IMG/VR virus record: IMGVR_UViG_3300042391_000634
Coordinates: 271,631 to 335,630 of that record
Reading direction: 5' to 3' (one strand)
Length of the DNA: 64,000 nucleotides
Shown: piece by piece, positions 37,334 through 47,401 of the stretch
Position numbering within the stretch: the first letter of the stretch is position 1
Layout: each line of letters opens with the position of its first letter
Notes under the pieces: generated by a model
The model's input: only the letters and a program-made list of their open reading frames with translations
Databases searched by the model: none
What the model was told of the DNA's origin: nothing
Position numbers and translations under genes: made by a program

Positions 37334-37585
37334 ATGGAAAGTATATTCGGAGGTTTAATAGAATTTGATACGGAAAATGACTTTGATGAATTTGTTAAAG
37401 ACATCAATGAAAAAAATGCACTTTCAATAATTGAAAAGGCTTTTGAATATGGTCATCATAATAATTTATATACGGTGCAAGAGACGTATTTTATTTATAA
37501 ATGTTTAAAAAAATTAAAAGACAATGCAAATAAGAATCAAGGAAATCATTTACATAATGATGATACTAACGGGGATATTAATTGA
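37334..37585 (+). CDS. hypothetical protein
   Basis: 83-aa ORF after a promoter-like sequence. Confidence 0.55.
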   Translation: MESIFGGLIEFDTENDFDEFVKDINEKNALSIIEKAFEYGHHNNLYTVQETYFIYKCLKKLKDNANKNQGNHLHNDDTNGDIN

Positions 37586-37703
37586 GAAATACGGACTTAA
37601 GGGTGCCGACCCTGAGTTGGTAAAATATTTTGGATGGGGGGTGATTAGTCTCGGTTCATTCAATTTAGTATTAGATTACATTAGAAAACCTAAAAAGAAA
37701 TAA
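37524..37703 (+). CDS. 59-aa two-helix membrane protein
   Basis: Translated by hand: MQIRIKEIIYIMMILTG...DYIRKPKKK. Confidence 0.5.
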   Translation: MQIRIKEIIYIMMILTGILIEKYGLKGADPELVKYFGWGVISLGSFNLVLDYIRKPKKK

Positions 37704-37704
37704 T

Positions 37705-38277
37705 ATGATAAAGTATACAAAAAAATGGGACAAAGAGTTTACCAAAAAATATTCCAATTGTTTGAAAGAATTGGAATCTCTTGAAAAAGAATTTAAAACT
37801 ATGGTTGACGATAATCCCGACCAATACATTTCAGTTTATCCTGACACTTCCAACATTGAATTAGGTCAAGAAAATGGTTTTATGGTTTATGACTTTGGTA
37901 AGGACGAGACTCCACGTGTTGATGTTCAGTTATCAACACCTAATGGATCTTTTAATTTTACATTTACCGATTTAAAAAAACTAATTGAGTTCAGAGATGA
38001 ATTAATGAAATCAATTGACACATTCAAAAGACCATTAGAAAAAGAAAAAAACATAATTGATTCAGATTGTGATGAGGATTTACCTGAAGACGCTGAAGAA
38101 ACAGAATGGGAAATTAAAGCCGAACAACCATTAGTTCAATCTTGGACTTACACGGTTATGGCGAGAAGTGCATGTGAAGCAATTAAGAAAATAGAAGAGG
38201 GTGAAGAAGATGGGGTCACTAATAACGATGATTTCAATTACTATGATTACGGTGATATTGAATACGAAGCAATTTAA
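37705..38277 (+). CDS. hypothetical acidic protein
   Basis: 190-aa ORF. Confidence 0.55.
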   Translation: MIKYTKKWDKEFTKKYSNCLKELESLEKEFKTMVDDNPDQYISVYPDTSNIELGQENGFMVYDFGKDETPRVDVQLSTPNGSFNFTFTDLKKLIEFRDELMKSIDTFKRPLEKEKNIIDSDCDEDLPEDAEETEWEIKAEQPLVQSWTYTVMARSACEAIKKIEEGEEDGVTNNDDFNYYDYGDIEYEAI

Positions 38278-38282
38278 ATAAT

Positions 38283-38477
38283 ATGTTAAATAATTATGAC
38301 AAAGATTTCTTTATTTATAAAAAGAAACATCATTGGTTTATTATACCGACAGTTGTTTTCTTTTACAATAAAGATACGTTTCTCGAAACCGGCGTAACAT
38401 CACCATCTTGGGGATTAACAATTAGATGGTTAACATATATGGTGGGAATACAAATACAAAAGACTTATGAAAATTGA
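38283..38477 (+). CDS. hypothetical protein
   Basis: 64-aa ORF in a run of co-oriented genes. Confidence 0.5.
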   Translation: MLNNYDKDFFIYKKKHHWFIIPTVVFFYNKDTFLETGVTSPSWGLTIRWLTYMVGIQIQKTYEN

Positions 38478-38649
38478 GATTACAAAAGAACAGATAGAAA
38501 AAACATTGGGTTATGAAATTGAACATTTTAGCTTACATCCACATTATAAAGATGGGTTATGTAGCGGGTTAGAAATATGTGTAACCCCAACAGTTACAGA
38601 AATTGAAATACCAATGGAGGTTTTTATATCCACAAAAAGACCATCATAA
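38467..38649 (+). CDS. hypothetical protein
   Basis: 60-aa ORF in a run of co-oriented genes. Confidence 0.5.
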   Translation: MKIEITKEQIEKTLGYEIEHFSLHPHYKDGLCSGLEICVTPTVTEIEIPMEVFISTKRPS

Positions 38650-38652
38650 TAG

Positions 38653-39285
38653 ATGAATACATTATGGACATTTGGAGATAGTTTAACCGATGGATTTAGA
38701 TCTAATGATACGTGGGCAAAAACGTATGTTGATTGGAAAGGTTATATTCCATTAACATATGGTGAAATTATATCTAAAGAATTAAATTACGAATTAATTA
38801 ATTTAGGTAAGGGTGGTTCAGACAACAACCTAATATTTGAATCATTTATTAAAAACATAGATAATATTAAAGATGGAGATATTGTAATAATAGGTTGGTC
38901 TGATATTGGTAGATTTAGATTAGCCACCAAATTAAATACATGGATATCATTTGTTCCTAATTTTAACAATAACCTGACAAATATGGAAAACATTAGTAAC
39001 CAAACAATAATGGAAGTATTTGTTAATAGGTTATCTGATGTCTATACCGATGAGGTCAATATATGGATTAATTTTATTAAAAAAACCATAAAAAATTTTA
39101 AAATTATTAATTGGTCAACATTTAATCAAGGTAAAATAAATGGTATTTATGTTAATGAAATTGAGAGAATTATAGATGAAACCAATGGACTTATAAAAGA
39201 CGCACATTTTAGTGAAAGGGGTCAAAAACAGTTATCTGAAATTTTATTAAATAAAATAAATGGTAATTATAACAAAATAATATAA
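38653..39285 (+). CDS. SGNH-like hydrolase
   Basis: FGDSL, GSDN, DAHFSERG. Confidence 0.72.
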   Translation: MNTLWTFGDSLTDGFRSNDTWAKTYVDWKGYIPLTYGEIISKELNYELINLGKGGSDNNLIFESFIKNIDNIKDGDIVIIGWSDIGRFRLATKLNTWISFVPNFNNNLTNMENISNQTIMEVFVNRLSDVYTDEVNIWINFIKKTIKNFKIINWSTFNQGKINGIYVNEIERIIDETNGLIKDAHFSERGQKQLSEILLNKINGNYNKII

Positions 39286-39286
39286 A

Positions 39287-39320
39287 AAAACCCTGATAAT
39301 CAATAAATTAACAGGGTTTT
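39287..39320. terminator. bidirectional terminator
   Basis: AAAACCCTG ... CAGGGTTTT between convergent genes. Confidence 0.65.
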
Positions 39321-39334
39321 AGTAAGGAATTGTA

Positions 39335-39460
39335 TTATCTTCCTTGTCCACGATAGTTCTTTTCAGTTCTATCATGTTTGTTGCGAGTTTTGGTAGATTT
39401 ACCACATTTTCTTTTACCGAAAGTGACTTTATTACTACTTACACCTTTTGATTTAGCCAT
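39335..39460 (-). CDS. 41-aa basic protein ending YRGQGR
   Basis: Translated by hand: MAKSKGVSSNKVTFGKRKCGKSTKTRNKHDRTEKNYRGQGR; this terminus recurs in small basic phage proteins. Confidence 0.7.
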   Translation of the reverse strand: MAKSKGVSSNKVTFGKRKCGKSTKTRNKHDRTEKNYRGQGR

Positions 39461-39499
39461 AAATTTATTTTATTATAAGTATATCTGAAAATACTTTTG

Positions 39500-39507
39500 T
39501 ATATTTG
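39500..39507 (+). promoter_or_regulatory. Bacteroidota-type -7 element (TAnnTTTG)
   Basis: TATATTTG upstream of ATG 39525. Confidence 0.55.
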
Positions 39508-39524
39508 AACCCTAAACTTACTTT

Positions 39525-41456
39525 ATGGAAGAAATATTACTTTATCAACGATACTCTTACGCAAGGATAACCCCGTTTAAGAACTATTCTAAGTTCCCAA
39601 GAGTAGACATACCTCATAGTGGTATACATAAACAAGTGTCATATGAAGATATCAAGTATGGTGGTAGTATGGCCACTGAATATTATGACGGGAATAGTGG
39701 AGTCCCAATATCACCACTAACAGATGAAATTAAGAAGAAAAAAACAAGATTTTTTTATTGGGATGATGAGTATAAAAATCCTCCGATTATTAGGTACGCA
39801 TCCACTCATAAACTAAATGGAATAATAGGGGAGTTTTATACCACAAAAGATAGACACATCAAGAAATACTATAACGAACCTCTTAGTGAAATATCGGTTC
39901 ATATTATAGAGAGGTCAGTAATAAAAAGAGGTGATAAGGTTACCATTAAAATAAATAAATTTACAAAATGTAGAGGATTTAACTGTAAGTATTTTAAATC
40001 AAACAAATGGGCATCATCGGTTACTTTTGATATGGTTAAAGGAGATTTTTTATTGGTTAATAGTAGTAAACACGGTAAAACCAAAACCACACCTCGATTT
40101 AGAAAGAATGGATTTCAACAACTTGACAATTTTATAGACAGTAGTGATGGACCATTTAAGTTTTTGAGAAATCATTTAAGTAAAAATAATCCATTGTATA
40201 ATGAATTAAAAAATAATTTTAAAGATAAAGAATTTAACGAGGTGTTGAGTAAAGTGTTTAATATTAATTTTCCAACAGACGGGTTATTATTTAAAACTAT
40301 GTTTTATGACGAAGTAATGAGGTGGTTTATTAATACCAAAAAAATAAAGATACCAAATGACTATAAAAAACTATTGGTTCATTATTACCCAACAGAAAAA
40401 TACTTAAAGAAAAACGATAGAAAATTAATTGCATCAGTATTAGATGTTTATCAAATAAAATCTAAAGTAACAATAAAACTATTACACGAGAAACCTAATA
40501 TTGATTTAGGTTCTTTATATATGTTATGTTATTTGTTTGGTAATAACTATCAAAAATATATTGGTTCCATAAATAAAGATTTATTTGGGACAACATCCGA
40601 TAACGATAAGGGACATTTAATTGGAGCATCATCATTAAAATTGATGGAAGATATACGTGACAGAATTAAAAATCATGGATACGACATATCGGATATTGAA
40701 AAAGAAAATTTATTATCAGTATTAACAATAAATCCAGAAAGAGGAGTATCTGTCAATGAAAATTTTATGGGTTTAGTAATGGATCATTTTAAGATGTTAG
40801 ATAAAATTAGAGAATATGACAGTAACATTAGAATGAGGGCGACCACCTCAATTAAATTCCATACTGAACATAACGAATTATCTAGAATGATATCAGCAAT
40901 TAAAAAGGGTTGGGTCATTCAATATTCCTATCCTGAAGAAACGGTGAGACAAATACAACAACCAATTAGTTGTGAGAAAAAAAGTGAGTTGTGGAAACAC
41001 AATAGTAATGGTATCAAAGAACTCATCACCACAGTAAGTGATGGTGAGATAATGATATACCCATACGTTCTAACAAGAGAAGAGGAATACATTGAAGAAG
41101 GTAGGTTTATGCATCACTGTGTTGCATCATACGCGGAGACAGAGACATCAATCATTGTATCATTGAGGACTGAAGACAAACAAGATAGAGTTACGTGCGA
41201 GTTTAAAATATCTGATGGAAGAATGACACAATCAAAATATTTCTCAAACGCACAACCACCAAAACATTATCAAAATGCAATAGATGGTGTAAGTGATTTG
41301 ATTAGAATACATGCAAGATTTGGAACACTCAATTGGTTAAAGAAAGATAGGGTTCCAGTTATGATAAATGGAGTTGAAATTGCACCAGAAATGAGAGAAC
41401 CAAGAAGATTGATTGATATTTTAGATTTAGATGATGATTTACAGTTACTATTTTAA
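39525..41456 (+). CDS. PcfJ-like domain protein
   Basis: EEGRFMHHCVASY, IVSLR, Q..YFSN. Confidence 0.72.
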   Translation: MEEILLYQRYSYARITPFKNYSKFPRVDIPHSGIHKQVSYEDIKYGGSMATEYYDGNSGVPISPLTDEIKKKKTRFFYWDDEYKNPPIIRYASTHKLNGIIGEFYTTKDRHIKKYYNEPLSEISVHIIERSVIKRGDKVTIKINKFTKCRGFNCKYFKSNKWASSVTFDMVKGDFLLVNSSKHGKTKTTPRFRKNGFQQLDNFIDSSDGPFKFLRNHLSKNNPLYNELKNNFKDKEFNEVLSKVFNINFPTDGLLFKTMFYDEVMRWFINTKKIKIPNDYKKLLVHYYPTEKYLKKNDRKLIASVLDVYQIKSKVTIKLLHEKPNIDLGSLYMLCYLFGNNYQKYIGSINKDLFGTTSDNDKGHLIGASSLKLMEDIRDRIKNHGYDISDIEKENLLSVLTINPERGVSVNENFMGLVMDHFKMLDKIREYDSNIRMRATTSIKFHTEHNELSRMISAIKKGWVIQYSYPEETVRQIQQPISCEKKSELWKHNSNGIKELITTVSDGEIMIYPYVLTREEEYIEEGRFMHHCVASYAETETSIIVSLRTEDKQDRVTCEFKISDGRMTQSKYFSNAQPPKHYQNAIDGVSDLIRIHARFGTLNWLKKDRVPVMINGVEIAPEMREPRRLIDILDLDDDLQLLF

Positions 41457-41491
41457 CTACACATTTTCATTTAATCCATATATATTACTAT

Positions 41492-42910
41492 ATGGATTTA
41501 TTATTTTCTTACAATCAACAAAAGAAAGATAGAAATAGAAAAACCGATAATCAAATTGCTCAATGTTTATTGAGATTGTATATCGATGGAGAAAGTTTAT
41601 GTTACGAAGGTATTTTTTATTTTGATTACGATAGGTATAGTAAAAAAAGACACGTAACGTTTGAACATAATTTTACCGTCAACATTATATCTGGAGATGT
41701 TAGTGTTACATATAAAATCATCAACGATGGATTAACCGATGATAAATTCTTAAAAAATTCAACTAAATTTAAAAAAAATGATTTTAAATTATTATACGAT
41801 CTTGTTGAAAATGGAATTGATCGTGGAGAAAAAAGAAGAGGATTTTGGGGTGTTAAATATGATAGGTCAGTAGAACAAATTACTAATATTATGATTAGTA
41901 AATTAAGACCAAATTTTAAATCTGAATTTTATTTAAATAAAAATTATAAATCAAATACAGCATTTAATACCATATATGAATTAATGGTAGATTATCATTT
42001 AGATTTAAAAGGTATAAAAGCACACAACGGAATATATTATGACATTCAAAATGAATACCCAAAGAAAAAATGGTTAGTTAAAAATGATTACAAATACATT
42101 CCATCTGTTTTAGATTATTATGGAATTAAATGTAAGTATTTGGTGTCTGAATTATCTAAGACAAATAGAAATGTCCAACTAAGTTCATTGAATTATTTGT
42201 GTAAACTATTTGGTAAAAATTATGTTGATTACCTCAAAAAGATATCTTGGGATATACATTGTTACGACGCATCACCAAATAAAAAAATACATGAATTAAA
42301 AAATGAATTTGAAAAAGAATGTTTAGTTAATGTAATTAACACTTGGGAAACTGAGGTTATAAAAACAGATTCATTAATCTACATACTAAATAAGATGTTC
42401 ACAATTAGAGAATTGTTAGAACAAAGAGGTCTTAATTTAAAGTTTAAAGCAAATAATGACAACCAATTTGATAATATCATGGAAATGTGGTCGGGATTAA
42501 AATTATATTTTGCCAGAGGATATAAGGTCAGGTATATCATGTCAAACGATTTTATTAAAGAAATGGAAGAAGATATTATAATTGGTGATTTAACATTCAA
42601 ACCTAAAATATTATTAACGGAAGAGGACTTTAGACTTGAAGGGTTTTATATGAAAAATTGTATGTCCAAACAATTTGCACATGGGGCAATATACATATTC
42701 GCTTCATTACAACACAAAAGAAAAAGAATTAATTTACAATATAGAAAGGGAAATCTCATACAATCATATGGTAAAGCAAACACTCCCGTCATTAGTATAT
42801 TTGAAGAGGCAACCAATATTTTAACCTCAAGATTTAAGAAATACTCCACATTAGAGTGGAAAAAAGAAAAATATGAATTTATAACTAATTCATTATCAAT
42901 GAGTAAATAG
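41492..42910 (+). CDS. PcfJ-like domain protein (paralogue)
   Basis: EGFYMKNCM, QSYGKAN; shares YPxxKxLxKND with the upstream gene. Confidence 0.62.
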   Translation: MDLLFSYNQQKKDRNRKTDNQIAQCLLRLYIDGESLCYEGIFYFDYDRYSKKRHVTFEHNFTVNIISGDVSVTYKIINDGLTDDKFLKNSTKFKKNDFKLLYDLVENGIDRGEKRRGFWGVKYDRSVEQITNIMISKLRPNFKSEFYLNKNYKSNTAFNTIYELMVDYHLDLKGIKAHNGIYYDIQNEYPKKKWLVKNDYKYIPSVLDYYGIKCKYLVSELSKTNRNVQLSSLNYLCKLFGKNYVDYLKKISWDIHCYDASPNKKIHELKNEFEKECLVNVINTWETEVIKTDSLIYILNKMFTIRELLEQRGLNLKFKANNDNQFDNIMEMWSGLKLYFARGYKVRYIMSNDFIKEMEEDIIIGDLTFKPKILLTEEDFRLEGFYMKNCMSKQFAHGAIYIFASLQHKRKRINLQYRKGNLIQSYGKANTPVISIFEEATNILTSRFKKYSTLEWKKEKYEFITNSLSMSK

Positions 42911-42973
42911 ATATCTACACTTCCATTTTTTATTACAAAAATAGTTTTGTATATTTGTATAAACATTTAAATT

Positions 42974-43138
42974 ATGCAAGAAAAAGAATCAAAAACAAGC
43001 ACACATTTTCGGATTAGTTTAGTTAAATCTTTTTTTAGAATTTGTGCGGGTGTTGCTTTAGCTGATGGAAATTTACTGTATGCGGGTGGTTTATTAATCA
43101 TTGCCGAAGCGCTTGGAATTGCTGAAGAAATATTTTAA
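42974..43138 (+). CDS. 54-aa membrane protein
   Basis: Translated by hand: HFRISLVKS...AEALGIAEEIF; TATATTTG at 42950. Confidence 0.65.
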   Translation: MQEKESKTSTHFRISLVKSFFRICAGVALADGNLLYAGGLLIIAEALGIAEEIF

Positions 43139-43140
43139 TT

Positions 43141-43455
43141 ATGAATCATTATTTAATTACGGCGATAGCCAATAAAACCTATTACGATAATATGAAAACA
43201 TTTAAAGACATCGAGTTTAAAACAAACCCAATGGGTGAAGAGTTTGGAATTACGAGTAGAACAAAATTTAAAAACGGATATGAGGCTTCAGTAGTTAAAA
43301 GTGAACACTCATATGGAGGTAGAGATGGTCTATATGAATTGGCCATTTTTAAAGACGGTGAAATATGTTATGACACACCAATTACTGATGATGTGATTGG
43401 TTATTTATCAATGAAAGACGTAACCGACACGTTTATTAAAATTCAAGAGTTATAA
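43141..43455 (+). CDS. conserved phage hypothetical protein
   Basis: FKNGYEASVV...SYGG..GLYELA...TPITDDVIGYL. Confidence 0.65.
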   Translation: MNHYLITAIANKTYYDNMKTFKDIEFKTNPMGEEFGITSRTKFKNGYEASVVKSEHSYGGRDGLYELAIFKDGEICYDTPITDDVIGYLSMKDVTDTFIKIQEL

Positions 43456-43456
43456 T

Positions 43457-43720
43457 ATGAACACTGAAACCAAATTTAGAGCGGGATTAGCTATGACATT
43501 GTTAGGTTTAACGATAATGACATTTGAATATTTTGAGAAGGACAGAGTCTATCAGGAACTTAAAGTATCATCATCAACACAAATTGATAGTTTAAGAGAT
43601 GAAAATTTTATTTTAAATGTTGAATTGGGTAGAAATGATTTAACTTGGGAGTATCTTAAAGAAAACTTCCCTAATGTGTATAATAATGTAATGAATTTTA
43701 AATCACATGAAACAGAATAA
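43457..43720 (+). CDS. membrane-anchored hypothetical protein
   Basis: N-terminal hydrophobic helix. Confidence 0.55.
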   Translation: MNTETKFRAGLAMTLLGLTIMTFEYFEKDRVYQELKVSSSTQIDSLRDENFILNVELGRNDLTWEYLKENFPNVYNNVMNFKSHETE

Positions 43721-44027
43721 AGAAACTGAAATATTTTTAGGTGCGGGGAATAATGTGACAATGAAATCATCAAGATTAGTTAGCACATATCAAACACTTT
43801 ATTTAACCACACCTGAGGATGGAACAATATCAATAAACGTTAAAATTGAGGCGGATTTTGACACTATACCGGAAGAATATCAAGAGGTGTTTATGAATAT
43901 GATATCTGTTAAATATTTGAATAGGGTTTCATTTGGTGATAACCCATTCTCACAATGTTTACCGGCACCCAAAAGACGTTGGTATCAATTTTGGAAGAAA
44001 TTGGAATATAAAACTAAAACCGTATGA
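43707..44027 (+). CDS. hypothetical protein
   Basis: Ends with a KRRWYQFWK amphipathic motif. Confidence 0.55.
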   Translation: MKQNKETEIFLGAGNNVTMKSSRLVSTYQTLYLTTPEDGTISINVKIEADFDTIPEEYQEVFMNMISVKYLNRVSFGDNPFSQCLPAPKRRWYQFWKKLEYKTKTV

Positions 44028-44164
44028 TGTACATTGCAATTGGGATTATCGGAACCATAATATGGATGGCGTATGAAATGTATACAGCACCATACATGGA
44101 CGATGATGGTAGAATAACCAAACCAGGTAATAAACTATCGGATCTATTTAAAAAGAAAAGATGA
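44024..44164 (+). CDS. 46-aa membrane protein
   Basis: Translated by hand; ATGA overlap with the upstream stop codon. Confidence 0.5.
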   Translation: MMYIAIGIIGTIIWMAYEMYTAPYMDDDGRITKPGNKLSDLFKKKR

Positions 44165-44187
44165 TATTTATCATATAAACAACTAAT

Positions 44188-44589
44188 ATGGCATATTCAG
44201 ATAAAGTATTGAATCACTATTCCAACCCACAAAATGTAGGAACATTAGATAAATCTAAATCCAATGTAGGGACTGGATTGGTGGGTGCACCCGAATGTGG
44301 TGATGTAATGAGATTACAAATTGAGGTTGTAGATAACATTATAGTTGATGCTAAATTCAAAACCTTTGGATGTGGTTCAGCAATAGCATCTTCATCTGTC
44401 GCAACTGAGTGGTTGAAAGGAAAGAGTATTGATGAAGCAATGACGATTGACAATATGGATTTAGTTGAGGAATTAAATCTACCGCCAGTTAAAATTCACT
44501 GTTCGGTTTTAGCCGAGGATGCCATTAAATCTGCAATAAACGATTACCGTGTTAAGAATGGTATGGATGTATTAGTATTTGAACATTAA
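44188..44589 (+). CDS. iscU: Fe-S cluster scaffold IscU
   Basis: APECGDVM, FKTFGCGSAIASSS, LPPVKIHCSVLAEDA. Confidence 0.96.
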   Translation: MAYSDKVLNHYSNPQNVGTLDKSKSNVGTGLVGAPECGDVMRLQIEVVDNIIVDAKFKTFGCGSAIASSSVATEWLKGKSIDEAMTIDNMDLVEELNLPPVKIHCSVLAEDAIKSAINDYRVKNGMDVLVFEH

Positions 44590-44590
44590 T

Positions 44591-44920
44591 ATGGTTACAA
44601 TATCGGATAAAGCACTTAATCATGTTGTTCTGTTAATGATGGAAAAAGGAATAACACCTGACACCCATTTTCTTCGTGTTGGGGTTAAGGGAGGTGGATG
44701 TAGTGGATTATCTTACGCTATGGATTTTGATGATATGGTAACAGATATGGATGAAGTTGTTGATTTAAATGTCTTGAAAGTGATTATAGATAAAAAATCA
44801 GTTCTATATCTATATGGAACCGAATTAGATTATTCCGATGGATTAAACGGAAAAGGATTTAATTGGATTAACCCACAAGCTAGCCGCACTTGCGGATGTG
44901 GAGAAAGTTTTGCATTATGA
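44591..44920 (+). CDS. iscA: A-type Fe-S carrier (IscA/HesB family)
   Basis: RVGVKGGGCSGLSY, CGCGESF. Confidence 0.93.
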   Translation: MVTISDKALNHVVLLMMEKGITPDTHFLRVGVKGGGCSGLSYAMDFDDMVTDMDEVVDLNVLKVIIDKKSVLYLYGTELDYSDGLNGKGFNWINPQASRTCGCGESFAL

Positions 44921-45594
44921 TATATTATTTAGGGGACAGCCATACCGCAGGAATACATACACCTGATGAATTAGGTATTGATTATAAACATATAACATAC
45001 CCAAAGTATCTATCTAAAATGATGGGAATGGAATATGTTAATTTAGGTATACCTGGAAGTAATTTAGTTAATAATGTCAATGTTTTTATAGAAAACATGA
45101 AAGATATTATAGATAATGCTAAAATTGTATTTTTTCAATTTCAACATTTTCAAAATGCATATTTTAGATTTGATGAGGAAAATTTTAATTGGAAAGATTT
45201 AGCAATAAGAGATGATGATGTTTTAGATAGACTTAAAACTTTTAATCTAACTGAAGACGATAAGTATGTGTTAGTTAGTTATTTAAATAAGTTTGAAGAA
45301 CGAAGAAGTTGGTATGAAATGCAAAAGGTTTATTCTTTATTTAATCAATTAGAATTATACGGTATTAAATGTTATAGTTTATATTGGACTAAACCTGCAA
45401 TTATTAATACAATGGAAGATAAAAGAAATGTTATTTTCCCTAATAACATTAAGTTTGTAAACCAAATTGGTTTGACTACAATTAATGACGAAACTAACGG
45501 AAAGTGGGTGGATATGCATACAGGTACGGAAGGAAACAAAAAACTTGCTAGTTTTATTTATGATTTTATAGGTATTAATAAAAAAATCATTTAA
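44917..45594 (+). CDS. SGNH-like hydrolase
   Basis: LGDSH, NLGIPGSN, DMHTG; ATGA overlap with iscA. Confidence 0.7.
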   Translation: MIYYLGDSHTAGIHTPDELGIDYKHITYPKYLSKMMGMEYVNLGIPGSNLVNNVNVFIENMKDIIDNAKIVFFQFQHFQNAYFRFDEENFNWKDLAIRDDDVLDRLKTFNLTEDDKYVLVSYLNKFEERRSWYEMQKVYSLFNQLELYGIKCYSLYWTKPAIINTMEDKRNVIFPNNIKFVNQIGLTTINDETNGKWVDMHTGTEGNKKLASFIYDFIGINKKII

Positions 45595-45664
45595 TTTTTT
45601 TTATTAATTTATTTTTTGTATATTTTTACGTGAAGATAATATTACTAAAATTAAAAATTAAATT

Positions 45665-45772
45665 ATGGAAATGTTAATTATAATTGGATTTGTAGTTTTT
45701 GCCGTAATGTCGGTATTCGGAACTATAAATTTAATAAGACAAATCAACAACATTAAGGATGAAAATCAATAA
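45665..45772 (+). CDS. 35-aa single-pass membrane peptide
   Basis: Translated by hand: MEMLIIIGFVVFAVMSVFG.... Confidence 0.45.
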   Translation: MEMLIIIGFVVFAVMSVFGTINLIRQINNIKDENQ

Positions 45773-46517
45773 AATTTTTGCCAATGGGTGTAGTTTCACA
45801 TATGGAGGAGGACTACATTGGGAAGATGTTAAAGAGATATATCGTAAGGAGTTAAATATTGATATTGTAAATCATTTAGATTATGCATACCCTAATGTAA
45901 TTGGTTATGAATTAGGTGTCGATGTGGTTAATAACTCAGTACCAGGAGGGTCTTCTAATAGATTGGTTAGAACAACCTATGAATATCTTTATGAAAATAA
46001 AGATAACTTAGATGGAACTTTTTTTATATTAGAAATACCACCATATTGGAGAGATGAGTTGTATTCAAATGAATTAAAAAGAACCATCAATTTAACAATA
46101 ACAAGTATTCATTCATATACAGATATTACAGACTTTGCAAACGGTAACCCAAGAGAAGATCTATCAAAAATTTACAAAGACTTAACAAATTATTTTTATA
46201 ATTTTGTTGAGGATGATTTTGAAAAAAATAAAATGATGGCAACCTTCTTTGGTTTAATATCTTATATAAAACTATTGGGATTAAATTATCTGATTATTGA
46301 TAGTGGGGACTTTCAAATGTATCTTAAGAACCATAATTTATCAAATGACGATTATAATTTTATTTGGTTTGATAAAGATGCTTTATGTAATTGGATGAAT
46401 AAACATGAAATATTAATTAAACATGAAACCAATGGATTATCTAAAGATGAACATTTAGGTATTGAGGGTAATAAAATAGTTGCTCAAAGAATAATTAATA
46501 AAATGAAAGATGATTGA
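45759..46517 (+). CDS. SGNH-like hydrolase
   Basis: NGCSF, GGSSNR, DEHLGIEGN. Confidence 0.72.
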   Translation: MKINKIFANGCSFTYGGGLHWEDVKEIYRKELNIDIVNHLDYAYPNVIGYELGVDVVNNSVPGGSSNRLVRTTYEYLYENKDNLDGTFFILEIPPYWRDELYSNELKRTINLTITSIHSYTDITDFANGNPREDLSKIYKDLTNYFYNFVEDDFEKNKMMATFFGLISYIKLLGLNYLIIDSGDFQMYLKNHNLSNDDYNFIWFDKDALCNWMNKHEILIKHETNGLSKDEHLGIEGNKIVAQRIINKMKDD

Positions 46518-46728
46518 ATTATTAGGATGGGTCGCTTCCGTAGTTGTTTTGGTGTCCATGACATTTAAAACAATGTGGAAATTAAGATTAGTGAATAGTA
46601 TTGCTTGTGTTATGTGGATATGTTATGGTTATTTTATAACAAATAACCCAACTATGTTTGTCAATTTAGCTATATTAATAACACATATAATTTGGTTCGT
46701 TAAAAACAAAACATATGAAAAAAATTAA
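46510..46728 (+). CDS. YgjV/PQ-loop-like small membrane protein
   Basis: LGWVAS...LRLVN...W.CYG...N. Confidence 0.6.
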   Translation: MIELLGWVASVVVLVSMTFKTMWKLRLVNSIACVMWICYGYFITNNPTMFVNLAILITHIIWFVKNKTYEKN

Positions 46729-47401
46729 ACATCCTTTAGTTAAAGGTGTAGTTAAAGAAATTGTTCCACAAATATATTGTGTTCAAATTGATGATGATTA
46801 CGATCGTGCAATGTTATTTTGTCGTTATCAAGAATATTATGAATCACCACATAAAAAGTTTAGAGGTAAACGTTTTACTTGGATGGAATATATGAGACAT
46901 TACAAAGATATGTGGAAGAAAAGAACTTTTACATATCCTGATGATTGGGCTGGATATAATATCCCATCAAATATATTAGACGGAGGAGTAGATGCGTTTT
47001 ATAAAGAAACCGAGTATGATGTTATTATGAATGACATTTATTTTTATTGTTCAATTGATTCACAAAATAAAAATAATGGAACAAGATGTGATTGGTATTT
47101 GATTGGTGCAAGTTCTAAGGATAAAGGAACAATGAACCACGAAATTGCTCACGGTTTATACTTTACCAATAAAGATTATAAGAAAAGGGTAAATGAAATC
47201 ATTGGTAATATTAAATCAACTCATTATGATAAGTTAAAAAAGAAACTTATTAAAATGGGTTATGTGGACGACAAGAAAATTATTGATGATGAGATACAAG
47301 CCTTCATGTCAACAGGTTTATATAATGAACTGAACACAAAAGAATTAAAGGTTTATGAAAAAGAATTTAAAAGTAATTTTAAAAAATTCAATGAGAGGTA
47401 A
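46715..47401 (+). CDS. hypothetical protein with HExxH motif
   Basis: FCRYQEYYES, HEIAHGLY, DEIQA. Confidence 0.55.
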   Translation: MKKIKHPLVKGVVKEIVPQIYCVQIDDDYDRAMLFCRYQEYYESPHKKFRGKRFTWMEYMRHYKDMWKKRTFTYPDDWAGYNIPSNILDGGVDAFYKETEYDVIMNDIYFYCSIDSQNKNNGTRCDWYLIGASSKDKGTMNHEIAHGLYFTNKDYKKRVNEIIGNIKSTHYDKLKKKLIKMGYVDDKKIIDDEIQAFMSTGLYNELNTKELKVYEKEFKSNFKKFNER

